Source: an uncultured Holophagales bacterium (lineage in GTDB: Bacteria; Acidobacteriota; Thermoanaerobaculia; Multivoradales; UBA5704). Taken from it: DNA of 64,000 nt. The notes under the pieces are model-generated. The model had not been told where the DNA came from. It did no database searches and saw only the letters and a list, made by a program, of their open reading frames with translations. Positions 1 through 9,882 of the stretch are shown here, piece after piece. Made by a program: the position numbers and the translations under genes. Location: NCBI GenBank assembly GCA_963842525.1, contig CAWJGT010000012.1:32001-96000 (forward strand). The letters are read 5' to 3'. Numbering within the stretch: the stretch's first letter is position 1; each line of letters opens with the position of its first letter.

Positions 1-30
1 GGGGCTCCAGGCTGAGGAAGGTCTCACGCG

Positions 31-300
31 ATGCCTGAGCCGGTGAGTCTGCTCATGATCGAATTCCTTGTCTGGATCTCGAGTCACCGGCGGAGCTATG
101 CCGAGGCGATGGAGGCCTGGCGGAGCACGTGCCCGCGTCATACCGTGTGGGAAGATGCTCTCGCAGAGGGTCTGATCCAGGTCGAGAGCGGAGGTACGCT
201 ACGCCAAGCAGAAGTCATCCTGACGCCGCGAGGCAGAGCGGTGCTCGACGAGAAGAACCAGGCTAGTGAAGGTCTTGGTGCACGCCACTTGAGCCCGTGA
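31..300 (+). CDS. Small hypothetical protein, possibly winged-helix-like
   Basis: 89-aa ORF preceded by GAGGAAGG; C-terminal VILTPRGRAVL resembles a wHTH wing. Confidence 0.6.
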   Translation: MPEPVSLLMIEFLVWISSHRRSYAEAMEAWRSTCPRHTVWEDALAEGLIQVESGGTLRQAEVILTPRGRAVLDEKNQASEGLGARHLSP

Positions 301-447
301 GGAAAAGGGTCCCCAGAGACGGCGTATAGAGCCAGTCCTGCCATCAAGCCATCTCTGGGGAATCGAAGGTTAGTTTAGGCGGTCCAGATTACGAACAACA
401 TTACGGCCGGTCCGGACGAAACACTGGATGACGGGGCCAGACGCAAC

Positions 448-1601
448 TCAGGGCAGAGGCTGTCCGGGAACCAGCCGGAGGAGGAAGTCTTCGCAAGGCA
501 GGCATCGAATGCCGTCGATGTCGAGAGCCTCCTGGCCGCGGTAGAGGAGACGGAGCTTCCGCTTCGGGGTAGTCCTCGCGAAACGCCCGTAACCCGCGAA
601 GGTCCGCCGGGCGGATCTCTCCGGTGTGCTTGACCTCCACGGCCCAGAAACCGTCCCGGCCATACACCACGAAGTCGACCTCGCTACCCGCTTTCGTCCT
701 CCAGAAGCTCAACGAGAAGTCGCTGCCCGTGTAGTCGATCCAGGCGCGCAGGTGCTGGGCGATCAGCCCCTCCAGGGCAGCGCCGGCGATCTCCTCGGGC
801 CGGTCGAGAGGGCCTGCGGGCCGGGTGGCAACGAAGACACCGGCGTCGAACCAGTAGAACTTGGGGTGGGAGACCAGGTGGCGTTGCGCCCGCTTGGTGA
901 AGACCGGGACCTGGAACGAGAGAAGGAGGTCTTGGAGGATCCCGAGGTAACCTTCCACCGTCTTGCGGCTGACCTGGCATTCGCGCGCCACGGCGGCAAG
1001 ATTGAGCACCGCCGCCTGCGAGAAGCTGACCGCTTCGAGGAACCGGGCAAACTGGCCGACCTGCCGCACCAGCCCCTCCATCTGGACCTCTTCCCGGAGG
1101 TAGAGGCCCGTGTAGGCCTTGAGAGCTTCGCCAGGCTGGTCTGAGTCCCAGATCAGCGGCACGAGCCCCTGCGAGAGAGCCCTGTCCAGGTTGAACCGGG
1201 GTCCGAGCCTCCGCGGCCATGAAAGGGTGGAGGAACCGCAGGAGCGCCCGTCCGGCCAGGAGGTCGACCCCCTCGCGCTTGAGCTTGCGCGCGCTGGAGC
1301 CGGTCAGCACGAAGCGCGGTCCGGCGCGCCGCTCGATCAGGTCGTGGACGACATCGAGCAGAACAGGGGCCTTCTGGACCTCGTCGATGACGACAACCAG
1401 CTTGTCCGGGTTCCCGGCAACCACCTCCCGTAGCCTCTCCGGCCGGGCGAGGTACAGGCGATGAACCTCCGGTGCCAGCAGGTCGATCCAAAAGGCATCC
1501 GGATACGTCTCCCGCAGCCACGTCGATTTGCCCGTGCCGCGCGGCCCGAACAAGAAATAGTGTATCCCGGGGTCCTGGAGAAATCGCCCTACTGTCGCCA
1601 T
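448..1601 (-). CDS. AAA+ ATPase (AAA_14 + DUF4143 type), split by frameshifts at ~1208 and ~560
   Basis: Walker A GPRGTGKST, Walker B VVIDEVQK, LTGSS, PKFYWFDAG and C-terminal EVDFV..AVEVK spread over three frames (684..1601, 401..1162, 448..663); TATACT and AAGGAAG upstream. Confidence 0.85.
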
Positions 1602-1695
1602 ATCTGCTTCCTTTTCGGCGAGAGTATAGCCGAATCTCCATCTGGGCGACAGGGCAGCGCGCGGTCGTGGGCGCGGCGATGCAGCCTTTTCCCTG

Positions 1696-1986
1696 TCAGC
1701 GGACCGTTTTCAGATCGCTGACCGTTTCGCGCGGCACAGGGGTCGTGTCGCGCACCGTGAGGCCAGCTTGGACGATCTGCGCCTCGAGAAGCTCCATCTC
1801 GCGGTGGCGCTTTTTTTCGAGAGTGCGGTCCGGGAGCGCCCCAACAAGACCAATTGTTACAAGCGGTTCAATGAGTAACGTAACAAATCCCCATAGGAGG
1901 GCCGAGTGGCCTATTTTACGAGATCGGTGGGCGACGAAGAAAATGAAGATGAAAAGCCAAAAGACTGCCGTACAGAATTGCTCCAT
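1696..1986 (-). CDS. Small membrane protein with two hydrophobic helices, last gene of the TIR/FHA/kinase operon
   Basis: 96 aa, AGGAGG RBS, two hydrophobic segments. Confidence 0.7.
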   Translation of the reverse strand: MEQFCTAVFWLFIFIFFVAHRSRKIGHSALLWGFVTLLIEPLVTIGLVGALPDRTLEKKRHREMELLEAQIVQAGLTVRDTTPVPRETVSDLKTVR

Positions 1987-2001
1987 CGATAGCCTCCTGC
2001 T

Positions 2002-2376
2002 TCACACAGGCAGCAGCGCCTTGGCCGCTACCATATATTCATGCAGCCTCGCTGCGAAAAGTGTGTTTTCCTTGCTGCCGCGCAGCTTGAAGGCCACTGT
2101 AGTCCGATGCCTACCTGAATCCTCGAAGACCACCTGGTGGTTGCGGCGTAAGATCTTCCCGGGTGGTCGGTAGCGGATGATTCGTGAATAGGGGATTGTC
2201 CGATACGTCTGCTCGGAGATGATTCGGTGATAGAAACGCAGAGCGAATGGGATGAGGAACTTCGGGAACTCCCCTTCGAGAATCAGCGCGGCATCCTGAA
2301 GATGGATTTTCCCTTTTCCATGGAACTGCAGGTTGCGTACTAAGGAGACCGCCTTGAATTTAGCGTCGAACCTCAT
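2002..2376 (-). CDS. Hypothetical protein, possibly PH-like fold
   Basis: ATG overlaps the kinase stop (ATGA); beta-rich pattern with IPYSRI and a C-terminal helix. Confidence 0.7.
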   Translation of the reverse strand: MRFDAKFKAVSLVRNLQFHGKGKIHLQDAALILEGEFPKFLIPFALRFYHRIISEQTYRTIPYSRIIRYRPPGKILRRNHQVVFEDSGRHRTTVAFKLRGSKENTLFAARLHEYMVAAKALLPV

Positions 2377-3989
2377 GCGGCAGCCCTCCCCGGAATCTCG
2401 CACCGTGCAGCCAAATCAGCAAATTCAAAGCATTGACCGGAGAGTGCGAGATAGCCGTTGCATACCGCCAGGCATTCGCGCAGGAGCCCTAACTCGAAGT
2501 AGCCATGGGCTAGCAGAAGGCTGGCTGCGAAATTATAGGGATCCACTTCCAGAATCAGCTTTGCTTCAACGATCGCTTCTCTGGTCCGGCCAACCGCGAT
2601 CAACGCCTGCACGTACTTTTCCCGAACACTTAAGTCTCCCGTGCTCACGTCGACAAAGCGCCGAAAGCCTTCGATGAGTTGTTCGCGGTCCGTTCCGGCC
2701 AGCCGAACCGCTTCGAGAAGGAAGAGATCTCGCTGCAAGCGACGAGCCTTGACGACGAAGTGGAGAGCCACCAGGAGTAGTGGAGTCTCGTACAATAGAC
2801 CTAGAACCAAGTACAAACCCTGAATGGCCTCAGGCTCAATCCCTAGGATGGTTCCCAGTAAACCTACAAACAGCACGCTCGCTAAGAATCCCAGGATCAG
2901 CAACCCGACTCCCCCAGCCACCTTCCCCCTCGACGTCTTCCGTTCTACCCCCGTGTAGATCAGGGCCGCGCCACCTACGGTCAACAAGCCGGGAAAAATG
3001 CCGGAGGAGATAAGCCAGAAAGCAAGGAGCACGGCAACCCAGGTCCAACTTTTCCGGAGAGTCTCGCGAGCCCTCTTCTCCCAAGTGGTCGTCCGCAGTG
3101 TTCTTTCCTCATGCGGGGCCTGCTCCTTGTCCGATGCTGGCGTCGCGCGTGCGGCTTGGTCGGGCGCGAGCCGCTGCAGCTCCGTAAGGAGTTCTTCCGC
3201 GGAGCTGTAACGCTGGATCAGATCCTTTTCGAGCAGACGGAACAAGATCCGCTCCAAGTCGGGCGCCGGCTCGCCGGTGATCTGGCTCGGCGGTACGGGA
3301 GTCTTGAAGAAGATTTCCTTTGAAAGGCTTTCGAGACTGTCTCCCTCGAATGGGAGCTTTCCCGTGAGCAGCGCGTAGGCTGTTGCTCCCAGAGCCCAAA
3401 GGTCGGACTGGGTCGTGGGACGGCCCCGCAACTGCTCGGGCGCCATGAAGTGATAGGTGCCGCGGAGGCTCCTCTTCAATTGAAGTCCGCCTACGATCCG
3501 GCTCACTCCGAAGTCAACGAGGACGAACCTGCGGTCGTTACCGGTGCTGCTCACCCGGATATTGCTCAGCTTGAAATCGCCGTGGACGATGTCCTGTCGA
3601 TGAGCGTGCGCCAACGCGTCCGCCATCTGGACGAGGAACTGGATCACTTCCGTGGCCGGCAGTCTACCCCTGGTCGCAAGCTCTTCTTGGAGGTCGTGCC
3701 CAGGGACCAGCTCCATGACCAGCACCACTTGGCCGTTTTCCAGGAAGTAGTCCTCGAGGTGGACGATGTTCTTGTGCCGGAGTCGCGACAGCAGCTCTGG
3801 TTCCACGAGCACGGAGTCGAGGCTCAGTGTGTCTCCGATCACCTTGAGTGCCAGCTCTCTCCCGGGCTCACCTTGGCGGTGACCTCGGTATACTGCGCCG
3901 TGTGCCCCTCTTCCAATCTCGCCGGTGGCCACATAGCCGCCGAAGCGCGGCAGCATGTCGCCCCGTGCGCCCGCCACAGGCTCAATCAT
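2373..3989 (-). CDS. Membrane Hanks-type Ser/Thr kinase (non-RD) with several TM helices and a C-terminal TPR-like region
   Basis: GRGAHG, ALK, HGDFKLSN, DFG, GTYHFMAPE, SDLWALG motifs; hydrophobic block after the kinase; ILEVDPYN TPR-like tail. Confidence 0.92.
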   Translation of the reverse strand: MIEPVAGARGDMLPRFGGYVATGEIGRGAHGAVYRGHRQGEPGRELALKVIGDTLSLDSVLVEPELLSRLRHKNIVHLEDYFLENGQVVLVMELVPGHDLQEELATRGRLPATEVIQFLVQMADALAHAHRQDIVHGDFKLSNIRVSSTGNDRRFVLVDFGVSRIVGGLQLKRSLRGTYHFMAPEQLRGRPTTQSDLWALGATAYALLTGKLPFEGDSLESLSKEIFFKTPVPPSQITGEPAPDLERILFRLLEKDLIQRYSSAEELLTELQRLAPDQAARATPASDKEQAPHEERTLRTTTWEKRARETLRKSWTWVAVLLAFWLISSGIFPGLLTVGGAALIYTGVERKTSRGKVAGGVGLLILGFLASVLFVGLLGTILGIEPEAIQGLYLVLGLLYETPLLLVALHFVVKARRLQRDLFLLEAVRLAGTDREQLIEGFRRFVDVSTGDLSVREKYVQALIAVGRTREAIVEAKLILEVDPYNFAASLLLAHGYFELGLLRECLAVCNGYLALSGQCFEFADLAARCEIPGRAAA

Positions 3990-5445
3990 CGTGGACCTCC
4001 GTTACCATGTCGCCGATGGTAGCTTCCAAAGTGACAATCGGGCCGCTCTCTCCCTCTGCTGGCTGCACTTGGAGCGCGCTCTGTCCTTGCCCGCTGGCGA
4101 TCCGGGCTCGGAACAGGACTTCGAGGGTGATCACTCCACCCAAGATCAACCGGTCTCCCGAATGGATAGGGATGGGCATCTCTGGTTCGAGGATCTGACC
4201 GTTGAGGCGGGTCAAGCCTCGGCTTTGGTCCAGGACGAAGTAGTCCTTGTCGATCCGCTGGATCTCAAGGTGTCGACGGCTGATCCGCAGGCTCGCTTTG
4301 TCGGAGCCCGGGACGCGGATCACGAGATCGTTTCCAGAATCAGGGGCTTCGCCGGATTTTCGGCGCTGCCGGCCGAGTCGGAGGATCTCGGTTCCAACCG
4401 GAGCCAGGTAGGCGTAGGGTGTGCCAAGGACCCGCAAGTAAAGGGCAGGCTCGTTTTCCGCGGCAGCGTCATGGCGAAGCCCGAGGAGACCAGGGTTTCC
4501 CTGCGTCAGGGCCGGATCAGCTTGCAGCAGGCGTTTGAGCTGGGCGGCTTCGACATAACCGGGATTAGAGGCCAGAGCCCGATTCAGCCGCACCAGCGCC
4601 TGCGCGATCTGCCCTTGCTCGGCGAAGCGCCGAGCTTCGTCCAGATCCGATTTCTCTTGGAAGCGTCTCGCCGTGACCTCGCGCTGATAGATTTCGAAGT
4701 CCCGCCGACGGCGGGCGCGGTAGCGGGCGATGAGCCCGGTGCGGAGCGCTGCGGCGATGGCCAAGAGAAGGATCAGATGGAGGAGCCGACGTCCCCAGAG
4801 CCCGAGCGGGCCCGTTTTCTCGCGCCAGACGAAGGACGGCACGCTCGGCATTTCCGCTGCATAGAAGGAGGCTCCGAAGGAGACCGCGAGGGGCCCGTCT
4901 TCGGCGGTCAGGACAAGGAGCGGCCTGCGGGCTCCCTTCAGGTACTGCTTCGCCTCGTCCTGATCGAGTCGTAGCTCTTCGTGAGGGACTATCCCTACCC
5001 TGGCTAGCAAAGCATCTGCCTGCTGCTCGGCGGATCCCTTCGCCGGGAGGACGCGATGGACATCGATCTGCTGCTCCTGGGGAGGCCATGGCAGCCTCAT
5101 TCTGCGCTTCCAACCGTGTCCGGACCCCTTGGCTAGGAGCTCGGCGCAGATATCGGCGGACTTGGCCATGATCTCTTGCCGGTCGGGGCGGAAGGCCCGG
5201 AAGCTCCAGACGCCCAGCAGTGCGACGAAAACGAGCAGGGTGATGTTGAGCCGAAGAATCCAGGGAGGGCGCTCCTCTGGATCGACCGGTTCGACCTCCC
5301 GCAGCGCAGGAACAGTCTCCGGCATTCCCCGCGGGCTCTCGAGGATCGTCGGTCCGGCATCATCTTCCAGCTTCTGGCCGCAGGACGGGCATTCGACTGC
5401 TGTCGGCGCCACCGCCGTCCCACAACGCGGGCATCGATCCATCAC
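3982..5445 (-). CDS. Zinc-ribbon / 2TM / TPR / FHA-domain protein
   Basis: CPRC..CPSC, two TM segments, ALASNPGY TPR-like helix pair, FHA motifs LGR and ISRRHL. Confidence 0.85.
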   Translation of the reverse strand: MMDRCPRCGTAVAPTAVECPSCGQKLEDDAGPTILESPRGMPETVPALREVEPVDPEERPPWILRLNITLLVFVALLGVWSFRAFRPDRQEIMAKSADICAELLAKGSGHGWKRRMRLPWPPQEQQIDVHRVLPAKGSAEQQADALLARVGIVPHEELRLDQDEAKQYLKGARRPLLVLTAEDGPLAVSFGASFYAAEMPSVPSFVWREKTGPLGLWGRRLLHLILLLAIAAALRTGLIARYRARRRRDFEIYQREVTARRFQEKSDLDEARRFAEQGQIAQALVRLNRALASNPGYVEAAQLKRLLQADPALTQGNPGLLGLRHDAAAENEPALYLRVLGTPYAYLAPVGTEILRLGRQRRKSGEAPDSGNDLVIRVPGSDKASLRISRRHLEIQRIDKDYFVLDQSRGLTRLNGQILEPEMPIPIHSGDRLILGGVITLEVLFRARIASGQGQSALQVQPAEGESGPIVTLEATIGDMVTEVHDD

Positions 5446-6467
5446 GTGAGCTCGAAGACCTCCGCTTGGAGAAAGAGTGACCCCATCTCAAGCTCGGTAC
5501 CTCGATCGAGCCGCGAGGCCAAGGCTGGATCATCGCCCGTGCGAAGGCAGTAGATCCCGTCTGCCTGGGAGAAAAGGCGGACCTCCCGCCCTTGGCCGAT
5601 CTCGACCGACTTGTCCGGTGCCAGCACGTAGCGCGAGAGCTCTTGCCCCGTCGGGCCGTAATAGATCAGCGTCCCGGCCGGTGAGTCTTCCCTCTCTTCG
5701 CGATGGAAGAGGAACCCGAGCGACGAGCCCAGGGACACGCGGTTGCCGCGGCCCAGAGGGGTGGCAGCAAGGATCTTGCGGCCGTCCACGTACGTGCCAT
5801 TGGCCGACTCCAGGTCTTCGAGAAAGAACTGTCGGCTTCCCGTGCGATAGGATAGCCGCGCGTGAAGATTGCTCACGCTCGCCGGGGCCCGCGTGAAGGA
5901 AAAGTCGCACTGTCGCGACCGGCCGAAGTCAGCTCTGGGGCCGAAGACGCAATGAACCTCCTCCGGCCGAGCTTTCGCGCGCAGCACGACCTTCCAGCGC
6001 CGCACAGCGGGTGCTGTGCCGCGCGAGATGTCTTCGGCGGCACGGCGGATTCCCTCCGCCACATTTTGCCACGCCTCGTCGGGGAGGCTCCACGCAACCA
6101 CGGCCTTACCGTCTTTCGGAAGGACCTGGAGCCTCGCGAACGGGGCTGACTTCCAGTCAGTCGGCCGGACAATGACCGGGATGACACGTGCTTCACCCCG
6201 CTCGTGGCGCTCGAGCGCCCGAGCCATTTCGATGTCATAAGAGTAGTCCGAAGCAATGAAATCGGCGCTGATCAGGAGCAGGATGATATCCGCCTGTTTG
6301 AGGTCCTCGTCAATCGCCCCCTTCCATTCCGATCCGGCCACGATCTTCCGATCGTGCCAGCTCTTAATGATGCCCTCCCGCTCCAACAGCTTGAGGTGGG
6401 TCTCGAGGGCGTCCCGAAGGAGCTCATCTTTGTGGGAATAGCTGTAGAAAAGCTTCAGAGCCTTCAT
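5442..6467 (-). CDS. TIR (TIR_2-like) domain + FHA domain protein
   Basis: LFYSYSHKD..WHD..ADIILLLISADFIASDY..IEM (putative catalytic Glu present); FHA FGRS..SNLHA..DLESANGTYVDG. Confidence 0.9.
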   Translation of the reverse strand: MKALKLFYSYSHKDELLRDALETHLKLLEREGIIKSWHDRKIVAGSEWKGAIDEDLKQADIILLLISADFIASDYSYDIEMARALERHERGEARVIPVIVRPTDWKSAPFARLQVLPKDGKAVVAWSLPDEAWQNVAEGIRRAAEDISRGTAPAVRRWKVVLRAKARPEEVHCVFGPRADFGRSRQCDFSFTRAPASVSNLHARLSYRTGSRQFFLEDLESANGTYVDGRKILAATPLGRGNRVSLGSSLGFLFHREEREDSPAGTLIYYGPTGQELSRYVLAPDKSVEIGQGREVRLFSQADGIYCLRTGDDPALASRLDRGTELEMGSLFLQAEVFELT

Positions 6468-6586
6468 CGCCGCTCATCCAGGGCAGGGTTGACAAACTCT
6501 GCGTTTAGAGTTAGAGAATGTTACAACACAACCCAGCCCCTTGACAAGGCCCAACGAAAAGGTGAGGCCCAGAAGGCCGCAGCCTC

Positions 6587-7975
6587 CTACTCTCCCTTGA
6601 GCCCCGCCTTCTTCGCGTAGTACCGGAAGCTGCGGAAGCTCATCCGCAGCAGCTCGGCGGCCTGGGTCTGGACGCCGCCTGTGCGCTCCAGGGCCTGCTG
6701 CATGAGCTGGGCGCGGATGCCTTCGAGGTGGGCTTCGAGGTCCAGCCCCTCTTCGGGCAGCTCGATGAGGCTCGAATCGACCCTGCGGTGGGTGAGGAGA
6801 TGCACCGGGAGGTCGCGCGTGGTGACGGTCTCGGCGTGGGAGAGAGCCAGAGCGCGCTCGATCAGGTTCTCGAGCTCGCGGACGTTGCCCGGCCAGTCGT
6901 AGCTCTCCAGCATCTGCATGGCCTCGATCGAGATCTGCCGCGGCGGCAGGTCCATCTGCTTGCAGTACTTCTGCAGGAAGAAGTCGACCAGCAGCGGGAT
7001 GTCCTCCCGCCGCTGCCGCAACGGCGGCAGATGGATCGGCAGGACGTTGATCCGGTAGTAGAGGTCCTCGCGCAGCTCGCCGGTCTGGATGCGCGCTTCC
7101 AGGTCCTGGTTGGTGGCGGCGATGATCCGGACGTCGACCGGCTCCTCCTCGGTGCCGCCCACCTTGCGCACGACCTTCTCCTGGAGCGCGCGCAGGAGCT
7201 TCACCTGCATGGTGGGCGTCATCTCGCCGATCTCGTCCAGGAACAGGGTGCCGTGGTGCGCCTCCTGGAACAGCCCCTTCTTGTCGCGCACGGCGCCTGT
7301 GAAGGACCCCCGCTCGTGGCCGAACAGCTCGCTCTCCAACAGGTTTTCGGGCATCGCGCCGCAGTTGATGGAGAGGAACCGCCGGGCGGAGCGCGGGCTC
7401 GCGTAGTGGATCGCGCGGGCGATCAGCTCCTTGCCGGTGCCGCTCTCGCCGTGGATCAGCACCGTCGAGCTGGTGCGGGCGATCCGCTCGACGAGCGAGA
7501 AGATGGCCTGCATGCGCGAGCTCTTGCCGATGATGTTGTTGAACGTGTACTTCTGCTCCAGCTCGCGGCGCAGGTAGACGTTCTCGTGGGCGAGCTCCTC
7601 GCGCTCCAAGGCCTTCTGGACCACGATTTTCAGCTCGTCGACGTCGAACGGCTTCGAGATGTAGTCCGCCGCGCCCAGCTTCATCGCCTCGATCGCCGAC
7701 TTGGTCGAGGTGTAGGCGGTCATCATGACGACCGGCGGGCTCGGCTCGGCCGTCTTGATCTCGCGCAGCAGGTCGAGGCCGCTGCCGTCGGGCATCAGGA
7801 CGTCGCAGAGGATCAGGTCGTAGCCGTTGCGGCCCAGCGCGCGGCGGGCGTCGCCGACGCAGCGGGCGGTCTCCACCTCGTATCCCTCCTGCTGGAAGAG
7901 CAGCGAGAGGAAGTCGAGGATGCTCTCTTCGTCGTCGATGAGGAGCAGGCGTCCTTCCATGCGGGTCGGTTCCAT
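6587..7975 (-). CDS. pilR: Sigma-54-dependent response regulator, PilR type
   Basis: Receiver [28 protein letters not shown], Fis-type HTH ending SFRSFRY; adjacent to pilS/pilC/pilT. Confidence 0.88.
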   Translation of the reverse strand: MEPTRMEGRLLLIDDEESILDFLSLLFQQEGYEVETARCVGDARRALGRNGYDLILCDVLMPDGSGLDLLREIKTAEPSPPVVMMTAYTSTKSAIEAMKLGAADYISKPFDVDELKIVVQKALEREELAHENVYLRRELEQKYTFNNIIGKSSRMQAIFSLVERIARTSSTVLIHGESGTGKELIARAIHYASPRSARRFLSINCGAMPENLLESELFGHERGSFTGAVRDKKGLFQEAHHGTLFLDEIGEMTPTMQVKLLRALQEKVVRKVGGTEEEPVDVRIIAATNQDLEARIQTGELREDLYYRINVLPIHLPPLRQRREDIPLLVDFFLQKYCKQMDLPPRQISIEAMQMLESYDWPGNVRELENLIERALALSHAETVTTRDLPVHLLTHRRVDSSLIELPEEGLDLEAHLEGIRAQLMQQALERTGGVQTQAAELLRMSFRSFRYYAKKAGLKGE

Positions 7976-7988
7976 CAAGCCAAATCCA

Positions 7989-9803
7989 TCAGGGCAATTC
8001 CGAGGCGGCGAGCAGCGCCGGCTCCAGGGCGTTGCGGACCGCGGCGGCTTCATCCCGCGGCAGCTCGACGGTGATCGTGGTGCCGCTTCCGGGCCGGCTG
8101 TCGGCGTGCAGCCGGCCGCCGTGGTCCTGCACGATGCGGTAGACGATGGCCATGCCGATACCGGTGCCGCCATCGAAGAACGAGCGGAACGGATGGAAGA
8201 GGTTGGCCCGCTGCTCCTCGGACATGCCGCGGCCGGTGTCGATCACCTGGAACCGGTAGCAGCGCTCGGCGAGCCGGCCCACGACCCGCAGCCGGCCGCC
8301 GTCCGGCATGGCCCGCAGGGCGTTGCGCGCCAGGTTCCAGAAGATCTGGCTCACCTGGTCCGCATCTCCAAGCAGCGCGGCGGAGGGCGGGTCGAGGTCG
8401 AGATCCAGCCGGTGCCGGTCGGACACCTCGGCGCTGTTGCGGAGCAGCTCGAAGTTCTCGGCGAGGAGCTTCGCGATGTCGAACGGCGTGCTGGAGCGGT
8501 CGCGGGGGCGCGCGAAGCGGAGGAAGCCCTTGATGGTCCGGTCGAGGCGCTGGCTCTCCTTGAGCAGGATGTCGACCAGCCGGCGCTGCGCCGGATCGGT
8601 GGCCGCCGCGCTGGAGAGCATCTGCACCGAGCCGGAGATCGCGGCGAGCGGGTTGCCGATCTCGTGCGCCAGCCCGGCGGCGAGCTCGCCGACCGCGGCC
8701 ATGCGGTCCTTGACGCGCAGCTCGTCGCGCAGCCTCCGCCAGTGGGTCAGGTCCTGGAAGATCACGATGTAGCCGCTGTGCCGGCCGGCGGCCTCGGTGA
8801 GCTGCGAGATGGAGAAGCCGATGTAGGCCGTTTCGCCCTCGCCGCGTTCCAGCTCCACCTCGGAACGGAGCTTGCCGCGCTGCTCGCTGGCGGCGGTGAG
8901 CTCGCCCCACTGGCGGGAGGAGAAGAGGCCGGATTCCTGGATCGGCCGGCCCACCAGCTCCCCCTCGGGTTTGCTCAGGATGGCGAGCCCAGCCTGGTTG
9001 ACCAGCGCGACGACGCCGTCGAGGTCGGTCGTGATCAGGCCGCTGTTGATCGACTGGACGATGTCGCGGTGCATCACCTGAAGGTCGGCCAGGTGCTCGC
9101 TCTTCTCTTCCAGCGCCCGCTCGGCGCGGGCGACGTTGTGGGCCAGGTAGGAGGTCAGCAGCGCCACGGCGTAGAAGCCCGCGCAGTGCACCGCCAGGCT
9201 GTAGGCCACGCGCCAGCTCGCCACCTGGTCCGGAGCGCTCCCCACGGGTTGCAGCACTCCGAAGTAGAGCAGCAGGATCAGGCTGGCATAGAGGAAGTTG
9301 GCGGCGCTCGCCACGATCACGCCGGCGCGGCGGCGCAGCAGCGTCGAAGCCACCGCGATGACGATCAGGTAGAGCAGCGAGAACGGGCTCTCGACGCCAC
9401 CCAGGAAATAGACCAGCGCCGTGATCAGCAGCAGGTCGCCGAAGAACTGGAGATAGGCGTGGATCGCCGGGCGCTTCCGCAGGACCCGGAGCAGGACGAT
9501 GTAGAGCAGGGTGGCGAGGAAGGTGAGGCCGCCGAGCCGGAAGACGATCTCCGGCCGGATCGCCTCCTCCCCGAAAACCGGCCGGACCGGCTTCTCCACC
9601 GTGGCAGGCTCGGAAGGAGGCGGCGCCACGGCGGGCGGCACCGCCGGGGACGTGGGAGCCGCCGTCCCGGTCTCCTCCTCGGGCACCTCGGGCGGAGAGG
9701 CGGTCGGGCCGATCAGCAGCAGCCCATAGGGCAGCAGCACGCTGCCGATCGCCACCAGGCGGATGGCGATGTACCACTTGAGCTGCCTCTGGAGTGTCAA
9801 CAT
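7989..9803 (-). CDS. pilS: Membrane PAS sensor histidine kinase, PilS type
   Basis: Multi-TM N-terminus, PAS, AHEIGNPL H-box, N/G1/G2 boxes. Confidence 0.85.
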   Translation of the reverse strand: MLTLQRQLKWYIAIRLVAIGSVLLPYGLLLIGPTASPPEVPEEETGTAAPTSPAVPPAVAPPPSEPATVEKPVRPVFGEEAIRPEIVFRLGGLTFLATLLYIVLLRVLRKRPAIHAYLQFFGDLLLITALVYFLGGVESPFSLLYLIVIAVASTLLRRRAGVIVASAANFLYASLILLLYFGVLQPVGSAPDQVASWRVAYSLAVHCAGFYAVALLTSYLAHNVARAERALEEKSEHLADLQVMHRDIVQSINSGLITTDLDGVVALVNQAGLAILSKPEGELVGRPIQESGLFSSRQWGELTAASEQRGKLRSEVELERGEGETAYIGFSISQLTEAAGRHSGYIVIFQDLTHWRRLRDELRVKDRMAAVGELAAGLAHEIGNPLAAISGSVQMLSSAAATDPAQRRLVDILLKESQRLDRTIKGFLRFARPRDRSSTPFDIAKLLAENFELLRNSAEVSDRHRLDLDLDPPSAALLGDADQVSQIFWNLARNALRAMPDGGRLRVVGRLAERCYRFQVIDTGRGMSEEQRANLFHPFRSFFDGGTGIGMAIVYRIVQDHGGRLHADSRPGSGTTITVELPRDEAAAVRNALEPALLAASELP

Positions 9804-9882
9804 GGGACGGGAGGAACGGCCGGGAGCGGCTTTGTGAGCCGCTCCCGGATCAATTGTATACGGTCTCCGCGAGTCGAGCGTC

